From: a virus
DNA length: 64,000 nt
Strand: one strand, 5' to 3'
Virus record (IMG/VR): IMGVR_UViG_3300021225_000362
Span: 13,966-77,965 of that record
Part shown: positions 10,234-19,282 of the stretch, in pieces
Position numbering within the stretch: position 1 is the first letter of the stretch
How the letters are laid out: each line of letters opens with the position of its first letter
Position numbers and translations under genes: made by a program
The notes under the pieces: model-generated
Told to the model about the DNA's origin: nothing
The model's input: the letters and a program-made list of their open reading frames with translations, nothing else
Database searches by the model: none

Positions 10234-10349
10234 CCTCTGTAGTTTTTTTCTGACCTATCGTGTTTGTTACTGGATTTTTTTGCTTTCCCTAATTTTCTTT
10301 TACCAAATGTAACTTTAATTTTTTCCGCAACACCTTTTCCTTTAGCCAT
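10221..10349 (-). CDS. Small basic protein, 42 aa (not in ORF track)
   Basis: Manual translation MAKGKGVAEKIKVTFGKRKLGKAKKSSNKHDRSEKNYRGQGR*. Confidence 0.65.
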   Translation of the reverse strand: MAKGKGVAEKIKVTFGKRKLGKAKKSSNKHDRSEKNYRGQGR

Positions 10350-10406
10350 ATACTGTTTTATAGATAATTATTTCACAATTCATTTCTAAATTAATTAATT
10401 GATAAC

Positions 10407-10712
10407 ATGACACAAGAAAATGGCAAATCACATCTAAATCTCACTAATTGTTGTCAATATGAAATTAAAACAACCAAAGTGTTGACTATGAAAGATGAAT
10501 TTACTATTATTTGTGATAACGAACCTATAATACTTGAAGTACAGATTTCTGCTGATTTCGAAAAAGTCCCTGAAAAACATCGAGAAATGTTTTTGAATAT
10601 GATGACTTCTAAATATATGAACATAGTTACTTTGGATAATAATATTTATTCGAATACATATGTTGAAAAGAAAGTAAAAAAGAATTTTTTTAGAAGAATA
10701 TTCAATCTCTAA
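10407..10712 (+). CDS. Hypothetical protein
   Basis: 101 aa ORF. Confidence 0.55.
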   Translation: MTQENGKSHLNLTNCCQYEIKTTKVLTMKDEFTIICDNEPIILEVQISADFEKVPEKHREMFLNMMTSKYMNIVTLDNNIYSNTYVEKKVKKNFFRRIFNL

Positions 10713-10738
10713 TAAATTAGATAAAATTCAATACACAT

Positions 10739-11017
10739 ATGCCGAGTTTTTCTTTTTCAAACGTAATCGACACAAAAACATTTATTGATTCTTGTAATCA
10801 TGATGAGATTCATGAATTAATTGATTATTTAATCAAAACAGGTCATCTCAAAAAATATTCAAATGATGTTGACCTTAGTGATGATACAAGAAAAATGACA
10901 AAAGAAGAAATGAAATATGAGGAGTCATTAAAACTACTTAAAGGTAAATTTAATATGATGTCTTATTTGGATGCTGTTATTATCACGGAGTTGTCAAAGA
11001 AATTTAACTCGGATTAA
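10739..11017 (+). CDS. Hypothetical protein
   Basis: 92 aa ORF. Confidence 0.55.
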   Translation: MPSFSFSNVIDTKTFIDSCNHDEIHELIDYLIKTGHLKKYSNDVDLSDDTRKMTKEEMKYEESLKLLKGKFNMMSYLDAVIITELSKKFNSD

Positions 11018-11031
11018 TAAAAAAATATAAT

Positions 11032-11065
11032 AATATGGGGTTCATAATATTATGAACCCCATATT
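11032..11065. repeat. Perfect loop-less 34-bp palindrome
   Basis: AATATGGGGTTCATAAT|ATTATGAACCCCATATT, intergenic. Confidence 0.9.
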
Positions 11066-11115
11066 TATGCGTATAATTTTACAAATTAAAACAAAAAAAT
11101 GATATATTTATTGTT

Positions 11116-12564
11116 ATGAGAAGAAAACTGAATGAACAGTTACATAGGATGTTCAAACTAATGAAAGTCGATGCGAATTTACAAGAAGAAAAAGTACCGA
11201 ATAAGGCAGAATTAGTTGACTCAAACGTTGATACATTTTATAATAATTTAGAGCAAATTGATACTCCCATATCTCAAGAAAAGTATGGGTCTATGCAGTA
11301 CAAAAAAAATGTTGAAACTGTTCAAATAGGGTTAAGTTTATTGGGTTACGATTTACCAAGATTTGGTATAGATGGTTTGTTTGGACCTGAGACTGCAGAA
11401 GCGGTTAAAAAGTTTAAAATCGATAATAATATATCAGATGATAAAAAAGAGAATAATTTTATTGGACCGATTGAAGAAATGAAATTGGTACAATTAAAAA
11501 GTACATCGTATTCTCATGTGAAATATGACACAGATGGTACTCAAAATGATTCTGTAAATAGCGCACTTCTTGATGATTTACAGAAAGCTGGTGAATCAAC
11601 GGATATAGTTATTACCATCACAACCGCAAAAACAGGACATAATAAAGAAACTAAAACAGGTAATTTAAGTAGACACAGTACTCAAACTGCAGTTGATATT
11701 GGTTTGCTAAACGGAATTGGTTCTGGTGGAGCATATAATCAATATACAGGTATTCCTGAATTCAGAAAACTTGGTAATGCTATAAAAAATGCGTTAGTAG
11801 ATTTAGGGTACGTATGGAACAAAGAATCGGGCAATCCAAAATCAGTACTATGGCAAACAGATGTAGGGGGGAATCATTTTAATCATCTTCATGTGTCTAA
11901 CAATTTAGGATTACCAAACAATCAAACGGTGTCATCAAATGTTGATAAAGTGGTAATCACACCTAATATGATAAAAGTCATGATAGATAAATTGAAGTCA
12001 AAAGGAATTACATCATCTGACTTGAAAAAATATTTGACAAAGTATGATGAAAAAAATCAAATTGATACATCAGGCATGTTTACTAATCTTGACATGAATG
12101 ATGAACAGGATTTTAATCTTTACAGAGATATGACTCAATCTTATATTAATACACAAACAAATCAATTAAATATTACAGGAGAGATGTTGGCTAATGCTGC
12201 TAAGAAATATTATAGTAAAGCGTATCTTCCACCTGAATTGGTATTAACACAATTGAAAGCCGAAGGTGGATTTTCAGATAAAAGTAGTGCAAGACCTATT
12301 AGAACGAGAAACCCATTTAATGTAGGTAACACTGAAACGGGTAGTAGGGTTATGTCAAGTGTTCAACAAGGTGTGGATGAATATTATAAATTAATATCCA
12401 ATAATTATTTAGTTGGAAGTAAAACACCAAGTGATTTGTTACAACAATTTAAAAATAAACGTGGTGAATCTTACGCAGTACCTGGTGTGTATGAGAAATT
12501 CTTGAGAAACATATTACCTGCTGTTAGAAGAGTAACAGAAAGAGTTAAATCAAAAAATAAATAA
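11116..12564 (+). CDS. Multidomain peptidoglycan hydrolase (PG-binding + M15/LAS-like Zn peptidase + lysozyme/glucosaminidase-like)
   Basis: VETVQIGLSLLGY...IDGLFGPETAEAVKKF; SRH...AVDI...HFNHLHVS; QLKAEGGF...NPFNVGN...YA. Confidence 0.75.
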   Translation: MRRKLNEQLHRMFKLMKVDANLQEEKVPNKAELVDSNVDTFYNNLEQIDTPISQEKYGSMQYKKNVETVQIGLSLLGYDLPRFGIDGLFGPETAEAVKKFKIDNNISDDKKENNFIGPIEEMKLVQLKSTSYSHVKYDTDGTQNDSVNSALLDDLQKAGESTDIVITITTAKTGHNKETKTGNLSRHSTQTAVDIGLLNGIGSGGAYNQYTGIPEFRKLGNAIKNALVDLGYVWNKESGNPKSVLWQTDVGGNHFNHLHVSNNLGLPNNQTVSSNVDKVVITPNMIKVMIDKLKSKGITSSDLKKYLTKYDEKNQIDTSGMFTNLDMNDEQDFNLYRDMTQSYINTQTNQLNITGEMLANAAKKYYSKAYLPPELVLTQLKAEGGFSDKSSARPIRTRNPFNVGNTETGSRVMSSVQQGVDEYYKLISNNYLVGSKTPSDLLQQFKNKRGESYAVPGVYEKFLRNILPAVRRVTERVKSKNK

Positions 12565-12586
12565 TTGACAATAAATAAAGAAAAAA

Positions 12587-13780
12587 ATGAGCATCATACC
12601 TAAAAAAATCTTATTAAATTTAATAAAAGAATCCATGAGTGACATGGATGAAATGGCGTTTAGAGCTAAAGGTGTCCAAGGACCTCGTAAAGATAAAGAA
12701 GGGAAATATATTATTCATAAATTCATACCTGTTTGGAAAGAAGGTAACCCAACACCTCAAGGTGGAAAAGGTGTTCCTGATGCTTGGATTATTAATCCTG
12801 ATAGAGTAGAAGGTGGTGCAAGATTAGTTGTCCCTATTGGATGTAAAGAATTATCTGAATTCATAAACGAAAATAAAGAATGGTTGGATAGTTTACATAT
12901 ATTACATAGAATTAAACCTGAATTATTGAATTGTAGAACAAAACAAAATCCAACAGGAATGTGGACAGACCAACCAAGAAATGTTAGACTTGGTACTGAG
13001 TACATTCCCACAGGATTACATTATGATGCAGAAGAAACAATCAAAAGAACTATGTTCGCAATGATACAATATTATTTGGGGGATAGTGAAGTAAATAAAA
13101 AACTTGAAGAATGTAGTATCCCTGTAATTTATGCAAGGGACGAGGCTCATTTGGATAGACACGGAATCATAAATAATGATGAGGTAAATTATCAAACACA
13201 TACATACAACGCATATGAAGACGATGAACAATTTTATAAATTTGTTATATCGAGAATGGCGGGTATAGATTTGGGTGAAGATTACAAAGAATATCACTTA
13301 GCAAGACAATTCAATAAAATTTATAACAATTGGATTGAGACCAAAAAACAAAAATCGGAATATAAAGGAAAAACAGAAAAATATCTTCTTGATAAAGAAG
13401 GTTTAGATGAATTGAATTTAAGTAACGTTGTTAGGACTGATTTGAAAATTAATGGTAAGTTGATGGGTGATAAATACGTTTGGACACTTCAATTTATTGT
13501 GAAATATGGTTCTAAATTAAAAGAAGAACCAAGAATAAAAGGAGGTTTAAAATTAGATAAGGATATCGTAATCAATAAAACTGCAAACGTGTCCCCAAGA
13601 ACAGTTTCAGGTGAAAGACCTTTTACTGATGACCCAAATATAAAGAACTATACTATAATTGATGATGGGAATATTAGAAATACTTTAGAAGAATGTTTAG
13701 AAGAATTAAGAAGTAGAATATTAAGTGACGAATTTAGTCCAATACAATCTGTTAGAGAACCAGTATCGATGATGAAATAA
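12587..13780 (+). CDS. Hypothetical protein, possibly virion-associated
   Basis: 397 aa ORF cotranscribed with the lysin gene and followed by a terminator. Confidence 0.6.
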   Translation: MSIIPKKILLNLIKESMSDMDEMAFRAKGVQGPRKDKEGKYIIHKFIPVWKEGNPTPQGGKGVPDAWIINPDRVEGGARLVVPIGCKELSEFINENKEWLDSLHILHRIKPELLNCRTKQNPTGMWTDQPRNVRLGTEYIPTGLHYDAEETIKRTMFAMIQYYLGDSEVNKKLEECSIPVIYARDEAHLDRHGIINNDEVNYQTHTYNAYEDDEQFYKFVISRMAGIDLGEDYKEYHLARQFNKIYNNWIETKKQKSEYKGKTEKYLLDKEGLDELNLSNVVRTDLKINGKLMGDKYVWTLQFIVKYGSKLKEEPRIKGGLKLDKDIVINKTANVSPRTVSGERPFTDDPNIKNYTIIDDGNIRNTLEECLEELRSRILSDEFSPIQSVREPVSMMK

Positions 13781-13782
13781 TA

Positions 13783-13815
13783 AAAAAAACCTCGTAAAAA
13801 AAACGAGGTTTTTTT
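13783..13815 (+). terminator. Intrinsic terminator, probably bidirectional
   Basis: AAAAAAACCTCG-loop-CGAGGTTTTTTT. Confidence 0.8.
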
Positions 13816-13858
13816 ATGCGTAATTTTTTTTATTGAATATTTTTTTTATATTTGATAT

Positions 13859-14098
13859 ATGACGTTAGATGAAATTTTGGATTATTATCCTGAAGAAGAA
13901 ATTCTCAAAGCAGATGGTTTTGATGATGCCGTTATTGGTATTGACCCTGAATCAATGAGATTAGTGTACGATAGAAACAAAATGTTTGATATCCTTGTTA
14001 ATCAAGGAATGACTATGGAAGAAGCGGTTGAATATTTAGAATTCAATACTTTTTGTGCTTACGTTGGAGAAAAAACCCCAATATACATTTTAATCTAA
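13859..14098 (+). CDS. Conserved small phage protein
   Basis: ADGFDDAVIG...VYD...EEAVEYLEFNTFCAYVGEKTP; upstream TATATTTG -7 box. Confidence 0.7.
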   Translation: MTLDEILDYYPEEEILKADGFDDAVIGIDPESMRLVYDRNKMFDILVNQGMTMEEAVEYLEFNTFCAYVGEKTPIYILI

Positions 14099-14102
14099 AA
14101 AA

Positions 14103-14384
14103 ATGAAAAAGCAGTACGTTATCAAAGACAATTATCATGACAATGAAATGTTTTTGTATGTGAATGTTGATACAACATCATTGGAAGACATTTGGCAAGG
14201 ATGTTGGATAAAAAAAGAACCAATTGATACACGTTATAGACCAAAATTATTTGAAGATATTAAAGAAGCAAAGAGATATTTGAAAGAAGTTAAAAGAAAA
14301 TCTGCAATCGATTGGAAAGAAAATGGACATATGTATCGTGTTTATGGAAAAAACAAATTTGAATGGGACATATATGAACATTAA
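14103..14384 (+). CDS. Hypothetical protein
   Basis: 93 aa ORF. Confidence 0.55.
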   Translation: MKKQYVIKDNYHDNEMFLYVNVDTTSLEDIWQGCWIKKEPIDTRYRPKLFEDIKEAKRYLKEVKRKSAIDWKENGHMYRVYGKNKFEWDIYEH

Positions 14385-14400
14385 CTCAATTATTAAAATA

Positions 14401-14432
14401 ATCCCCAACCATTTAAATTAGTGGTTGGGGAT
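14401..14432 (+). terminator. Hairpin / probable terminator
   Basis: ATCCCCAACCA-loop-TGGTTGGGGAT. Confidence 0.65.
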
Positions 14433-14455
14433 ATTTATTTATAAAACTATTAACT

Positions 14456-14734
14456 ATGTCAAAAATTATAAAATTAAAACAGAAAGATGTTGAAAATGTG
14501 GTCCTCAGAGTGATTAAGGAACAAGAACAAGAAAAACCTGAAGACACTGAGGTACAGGATGTTGAATTTGAACCAAGTACAGAAAAGATATTACAAAGTA
14601 AAAATTTAGAAGCAAGACCTGACGTTACACCTGAAACACCTGCTCACACAGGAGTTTACATCGGTAGGGATGCTCAAGGTAATTACTTTGTGGTTGATTA
14701 TAAGACAGGTGAAATTCTTGGAAAGAAAAGTTGA
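14456..14734 (+). CDS. Hypothetical protein
   Basis: 92 aa ORF, KIIKLKQKDVENVVLRVIKEQ N-terminus. Confidence 0.6.
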   Translation: MSKIIKLKQKDVENVVLRVIKEQEQEKPEDTEVQDVEFEPSTEKILQSKNLEARPDVTPETPAHTGVYIGRDAQGNYFVVDYKTGEILGKKS

Positions 14735-14767
14735 TTATAAGATAATTCAGACTATTTTAAATAATAT

Positions 14768-15253
14768 TTGGTAAACACATTTTTCTTGATTATGTTTGAT
14801 GTCAAATCGGAAATCATGAAAAAAATGAAGGAGTACATATCACCTTATGTTTTTGCGGGTTTGAAAACAACAGAGGATAAATTCTTATCACAAGTAATGT
14901 ACGAAAGAAATCGAAATAAAAGTACTTCACATGAAGAAGTGTTGAAAGTGGTTTCCGAAGAGTTTGGTGTTACCATGGAAGGAATCATTTCCAAATCAAG
15001 AAAAAAGGAATTGGTTAATGCGAGATTTGCTTTTTTTGCAGCATTAAGAATCAAAATGAATATCAACTTAACTGAAATAGGTAAAATAACATCATCAAGA
15101 GACCACACATCAATTATTCATGGTTTACAAGAATTTAAGAACAGATATGATACCGAAGATGAATTCAAAAAAACAGTATCAAGGATATTCGGTATGTTAA
15201 ATATAAAATATAACGGTGAAAAACTAACCGAATCTCAATACAAATACAAATGA
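14768..15253 (+). CDS. DnaA domain IV (C-terminal HTH)-like protein; ATG start probably 14816
   Basis: EEFGVTMEGIISKSRKKELVNAR...LTEIGKITSSRDHTSIIHG matches the DnaA C-terminal signature. Confidence 0.75.
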   Translation: MVNTFFLIMFDVKSEIMKKMKEYISPYVFAGLKTTEDKFLSQVMYERNRNKSTSHEEVLKVVSEEFGVTMEGIISKSRKKELVNARFAFFAALRIKMNINLTEIGKITSSRDHTSIIHGLQEFKNRYDTEDEFKKTVSRIFGMLNIKYNGEKLTESQYKYK

Positions 15254-15762
15254 GTTTAAGAGAAAATACCAAAGAGAGACATTCTTTTATTGAAAATATT
15301 GAATTCAATAAAAGACTTTTAAATGGAGAATTATCGGTTTATGAATATACGTTGTATTTACATCAATTTCAACATATATTCGAAATCTTAGAAACAAGAT
15401 TAGTTCTTCCACAAAATCTGTTAAGGGTTGATAAAATTAAAGAAGACATCAATGAGTTGAAAGTTGAAAATGAAACATATAAAGTTTTACCCTCAACATT
15501 GAATTATGGTAATCTTCTCACCAATCAAAAAATTGGTGAACTAATGCCACATGTTTATCTTAATTATATGGCATTCATGTTTGGTGGTCAAATTATAAAA
15601 AAGAAAATACATGGTAGTGGTAGAATATATGATTTCGATGATATAAAAGAATTAATCACATTTATCAGAATACAACAACAAGATGAATGGTCTGATGAAG
15701 TGAATAATGGATATGATTTCCTAATTAAAATTTATGACGAATTACAAAAAAGTATTAGATAA
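15250..15762 (+). CDS. hemO: Heme oxygenase (phage HemO-like)
   Basis: LRENTKERH (proximal His), HVY...GGQII distal helix, EVNNGYDF. Confidence 0.8.
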   Translation: MSLRENTKERHSFIENIEFNKRLLNGELSVYEYTLYLHQFQHIFEILETRLVLPQNLLRVDKIKEDINELKVENETYKVLPSTLNYGNLLTNQKIGELMPHVYLNYMAFMFGGQIIKKKIHGSGRIYDFDDIKELITFIRIQQQDEWSDEVNNGYDFLIKIYDELQKSIR

Positions 15763-16360
15763 GACATCGAATGATATAAAAAAAATTATAGAATCACACG
15801 AAGTTCATGAAATTGAGACTGAGAATTTTGGATGGGAGAACCATAGGTATGTCTCAAAAAAATGTAGATTGATTCATTTGGAAAAATACTCTGATAAAAA
15901 TTTGACCGTTCTCCATTTAACGGGATTTCCGAAAGAATGGTCAGAAGACCCAATATTTGGATTTGACATAATAGTTACAGAAAAAAAACCCTTAGCGTCT
16001 TTTTGTGATTGGTCACCTGTACTTAATGACAAAACATATATATCAACATATAAGTTTGAAATTAATTATGATTTACCTGATTGGACAAAAGAAATTTTTT
16101 CACAAAATGCTATCGCAATCGTACCACAAGAAGATGAACTTGAAATAGTTTGTGGTATTGCTATAGATTCTTTTAGATTATTCTTATCTGAACTTACAGA
16201 CGAAAAATCAGATAGATTACATGAGATAAAGGATAAACAAAATCTGTATTGTTCTCAACAACACAAAAATCAAAGTACAATGAATGTGTTGAAATCAAAA
16301 TTAGGGGAGGACAGAGCAAAGTTTTTCATGGAATCCATTTTATTCCCAAAAATACCATAA
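15734..16360 (+). CDS. pcyX: Ferredoxin-dependent bilin reductase, PcyX/PcyA-like
   Basis: GWENHRY...VLH(His)...FP...PIFGFD(Asp)II...DWSP...LPDW...IFS...Q.KN..T..VL...LG; overlaps the heme oxygenase gene. Confidence 0.75.
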   Translation: MTNYKKVLDKTSNDIKKIIESHEVHEIETENFGWENHRYVSKKCRLIHLEKYSDKNLTVLHLTGFPKEWSEDPIFGFDIIVTEKKPLASFCDWSPVLNDKTYISTYKFEINYDLPDWTKEIFSQNAIAIVPQEDELEIVCGIAIDSFRLFLSELTDEKSDRLHEIKDKQNLYCSQQHKNQSTMNVLKSKLGEDRAKFFMESILFPKIP

Positions 16361-16361
16361 G

Positions 16362-16637
16362 ATGAATAATCAAATAATCAATAATGAAGTTTTAGAAAGT
16401 TTATCTGAAATTGGGTATAATGGTGAACCTGTTTTATTTGAGATATTAAATTGGTTTATTACTGACAAAGGTTTGATACCTGAGATACTTTTATGGTCAC
16501 AAACAAAAAACGAGTGGTATTTTAGAATAACATCAAACTATGGTCATATTTTTAGAGAATTTTCAAACAATAAGTACTCTTATAACGATGTATATAAACA
16601 TTGTATTTTATATATGATAAAGTTATCCAAAAAATAA
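16362..16637 (+). CDS. Hypothetical protein
   Basis: 91 aa ORF. Confidence 0.55.
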   Translation: MNNQIINNEVLESLSEIGYNGEPVLFEILNWFITDKGLIPEILLWSQTKNEWYFRITSNYGHIFREFSNNKYSYNDVYKHCILYMIKLSKK

Positions 16638-16733
16638 TTTTTTTTTGGTTATATCGGTTCAAACTCTTATCTTCGTTTTCTCTTTTATCAACATCGTTTA
16701 ACAACATTGTAAAGAACTACTAATCATTCAATT

Positions 16734-16985
16734 ATGGTACTTGATTACTGTAAGAATGGGTTACCTATTGTATATGACAAACCCACAAATAGAGTCATAT
16801 ATAAGGACAATAAGGTTGATTTTTCACTATTAAAACGAGCATATGATTCACAAATGGACAGGGTAGAATTGGGAAACAATCTTAGGATGCGAAAGTGTGA
16901 TTATTTCATTAACTTCGGATGTCTTAGACTTACACACGAACAATGTCAATCAATAATTAAAAAAGTCAAAAATGCAACAAATTAA
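16734..16985 (+). CDS. Hypothetical protein coupled to the AAA+ ATPase
   Basis: 83 aa, overlaps the ATPase start; upstream TTTG...TATCTTCG promoter at ~16646-16677. Confidence 0.6.
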   Translation: MVLDYCKNGLPIVYDKPTNRVIYKDNKVDFSLLKRAYDSQMDRVELGNNLRMRKCDYFINFGCLRLTHEQCQSIIKKVKNATN

Positions 16986-18366
16986 GTTGGCGCAGGAAGC
17001 TTGGGACCAAGAGAAAAAACAAGAACTGGTTACTCTCGGTAACTCCCCCAAAACTTATAATCAAATTTTGGGCTACCTTGAAAATGAAATTCAGAAATCC
17101 AAAAGGATGACTAATTTCGATTACAAGATTCCTTGCTTTAAGAATGATGGTGTTTATCAATTGTACAGAGCAATTGAGGAAATCATCGGGGTTTCTACTG
17201 TAAAGGAAGAAAGTTCACCGTCAAATGGAAAAGAACCTGTCGATACGGTTGATGTCGTTTTGGCAAATGGTGTTCGCAAGAAAATCCCATATGGCACGAT
17301 TCAACTTCCTGACATGGGAGAGGATGCATGTATTGATATTGGATATAACATGCCACATAAAATTCTCCATGTTCGTGGTGTATGTCAATTTAAGTTCAAT
17401 GGATTGATTGACCAAATTATCACACGAACAATTGAACTTCTGAAAACTGATTCAATTTATAAGAATCAGGCTTTTGAAATCAATGAGATAATCAATAACG
17501 GTCAACCCGAAATTCTTGACTTGTCGAACATTGATAAAGAGGTGATGATTCTTTCTGATGAGACGGAATACGCACTTTCTCCTTTGAAGGCAAGGATTAA
17601 CCATCCTGAGAAATGTATCAGTAACGGTATTCAACTGAAGTTTGGTTGTATCCTCGAAGGACCGTATGGTACGGGTAAAACTCTTCTCGCATTCAAATTG
17701 GCAAAAGAAGCAATCGCAAATAATTGGTCTTTTGTTTATTTGAAGTCACCCAAACTTCTTGCTGAGACATTGAGAATGTCCAAGATGCTCGATAAGAATG
17801 GTAATGGTATTATCCTTTTTGTTGAGGACATCGACCAAGTGACAAGGGGTGAAAGGAATGACGCTCTTCAAGATATTTTGAACACTCTTGATGGTGGTGA
17901 TACCAAGAACATGAATGTCATTTCTCTTTTCACTACTAACCACATCAGTTTGATTGAACCGACCTTCCTCCGTGGTAAGAGAATCGGCAGCATCATTTCC
18001 ATGGGATTTCTGAATTGCAAGACCGCAGAGAAGTACATCAAATATTTCTGTGAGGGTATTGAGTTGGAAGGAGATTTCGAACCCATCTACAAGATGATTG
18101 AAGAGAATGATATTGCACCTGCGTTCATGGCTGAAATCATTGAAAATGTGAAAAGCAATATGGTGATTCGTGGTGACAAAAATATCAACGCACTCCATTT
18201 CAAAATTTGCATTGATTCTTACCTCCGTCAAGTGAATCTTTCAAAGACCAAGGATGTGACTGTAACCAAAGAAGCACGTTTCGCATCCGCAATGAAAGAA
18301 ATCCTTCATGACGATGGATATTTCAATAAGGTTCAGAACGTTATTGAAACGGTAGTTAACGAATAA
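16972..18366 (+). CDS. AAA+ ATPase with a long N-terminal domain
   Basis: Walker A GPYGTGKT, Walker B ILFVEDID, ILNTLDG, TTN, FLRGKRIG (Arg finger region). Confidence 0.9.
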   Translation: MQQIKLAQEAWDQEKKQELVTLGNSPKTYNQILGYLENEIQKSKRMTNFDYKIPCFKNDGVYQLYRAIEEIIGVSTVKEESSPSNGKEPVDTVDVVLANGVRKKIPYGTIQLPDMGEDACIDIGYNMPHKILHVRGVCQFKFNGLIDQIITRTIELLKTDSIYKNQAFEINEIINNGQPEILDLSNIDKEVMILSDETEYALSPLKARINHPEKCISNGIQLKFGCILEGPYGTGKTLLAFKLAKEAIANNWSFVYLKSPKLLAETLRMSKMLDKNGNGIILFVEDIDQVTRGERNDALQDILNTLDGGDTKNMNVISLFTTNHISLIEPTFLRGKRIGSIISMGFLNCKTAEKYIKYFCEGIELEGDFEPIYKMIEENDIAPAFMAEIIENVKSNMVIRGDKNINALHFKICIDSYLRQVNLSKTKDVTVTKEARFASAMKEILHDDGYFNKVQNVIETVVNE

Positions 18367-18373
18367 AAAAAAT

Positions 18374-18398
18374 GTGGGGAGATGTTACGTCTCCCCAC
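18374..18398 (+). terminator. Hairpin / terminator after the ATPase
   Basis: GTGGGGAGA-loop-TCTCCCCAC. Confidence 0.7.
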
Positions 18399-18420
18399 TA
18401 TTTATTACAAAAAAACAAAC

Positions 18421-18589
18421 TATGTACAAGTGTAACACTTTTTTCAAATCAATCAATGGTAAGAATTATAGTAAAGGAATGTTAATAACTTTTGAAGAGT
18501 ACTATCGTATTGGGGAAGATGAAAGAAAATATTTTGTTTTTCAACAAGACCCAAATGTTGTAAAAAAATATGAAGATAAGATTAAATAA
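18421..18589 (+). CDS. Small hypothetical protein
   Basis: MYKCNTFFKSINGKNYSKG... (ATG at 18421 within the track ORF 18374..18589). Confidence 0.5.
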
Positions 18590-18621
18590 TTAAAAAATAT
18601 TCATTATATTTATTCTTATCA

Positions 18622-18648
18622 GGTAGGGTACTCAAGTGGTTTAAGAGA
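18622..18648 (+). pseudogene. Orphan 5' fragment of a tRNA gene (acceptor strand + D-arm)
   Basis: GGTAGGG-TA-CTC-AAGTGGTTTAA-GAG-A, class II tRNA-like; no anticodon arm, T arm or CCCTACC seen downstream. Confidence 0.6.
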
Positions 18649-18741
18649 ATAATCAAATGTTACTAAAATATTTTGGTTTATTTGAACAATATTTAATACT
18701 TTTAGTATCAACCGACATATTTATTATAAATAATAATAAAT

Positions 18742-19155
18742 ATGCCAGGAATATACTCAGAAAAAACTTGTCCTACTTGTGGTAAAAAATCAAGAAGACG
18801 AGGAACGTATTGTTCTCAAACTTGTGTCGCAAAACCAAAAAGAGATGAAAAAATTAAACAATGGTTAGAAGGTAACCATAATGGTATGAGGGGAAAAACA
18901 CAAACCGCAAAATGGATTAAAAAATATATGATTGATACTTTTGGTGAAAAATGTATGAAATGTGGTTGGGATGAAAGAAATCCACACACCAAAAATGTAC
19001 CAATAGAATTAAGTCATAAAGATGGTGATTTTACAAACAATGATATAAATAATCTTGAATTAATTTGTCCTAATTGTCATAGTTTAACTGATAGTTATAA
19101 AGGTGCGAATAAGAAGAAAGGAAGACCTCGTAACAAATATTACAGGGGTTTATAA
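18742..19155 (+). CDS. HNH endonuclease (homing-endonuclease-like)
   Basis: CxxC...YCSxxC, CMKCG, IELSHKDGDFTNNDINNLELICPNCHS. Confidence 0.9.
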   Translation: MPGIYSEKTCPTCGKKSRRRGTYCSQTCVAKPKRDEKIKQWLEGNHNGMRGKTQTAKWIKKYMIDTFGEKCMKCGWDERNPHTKNVPIELSHKDGDFTNNDINNLELICPNCHSLTDSYKGANKKKGRPRNKYYRGL

Positions 19156-19159
19156 TAAT

Positions 19160-19249
19160 GGAAGTGTGGCAGAGTTTGGTTTATTGCAGCACTCTTGAAA
19201 AGTGCCGGGTGTTACAGCCCCATTGGTTCGAATCCAATCACTTCCGCCA
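19160..19249 (+). tRNA. trnS: tRNA-Ser(UGA)
   Basis: GGAAGTG/CACTTCC acceptor stem, anticodon arm GCACT-CTTGAAA-AGTGC, long variable arm, GGTTCGAATCC, discriminator G, encoded CCA. Confidence 0.95.
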
Positions 19250-19282
19250 ATTTTTTTTTAATGTTAATTCAAAATTAAATGT

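Noticed and set aside
17221-18231. Antisense ORFs inside the AAA+ ATPase (and similar ones at 12757, 23187, 25793, 53441-54096, 55950-56663, 57299)
   Set aside because: Shadow frames of well-supported genes on the opposite strand, with no motifs or expression signals
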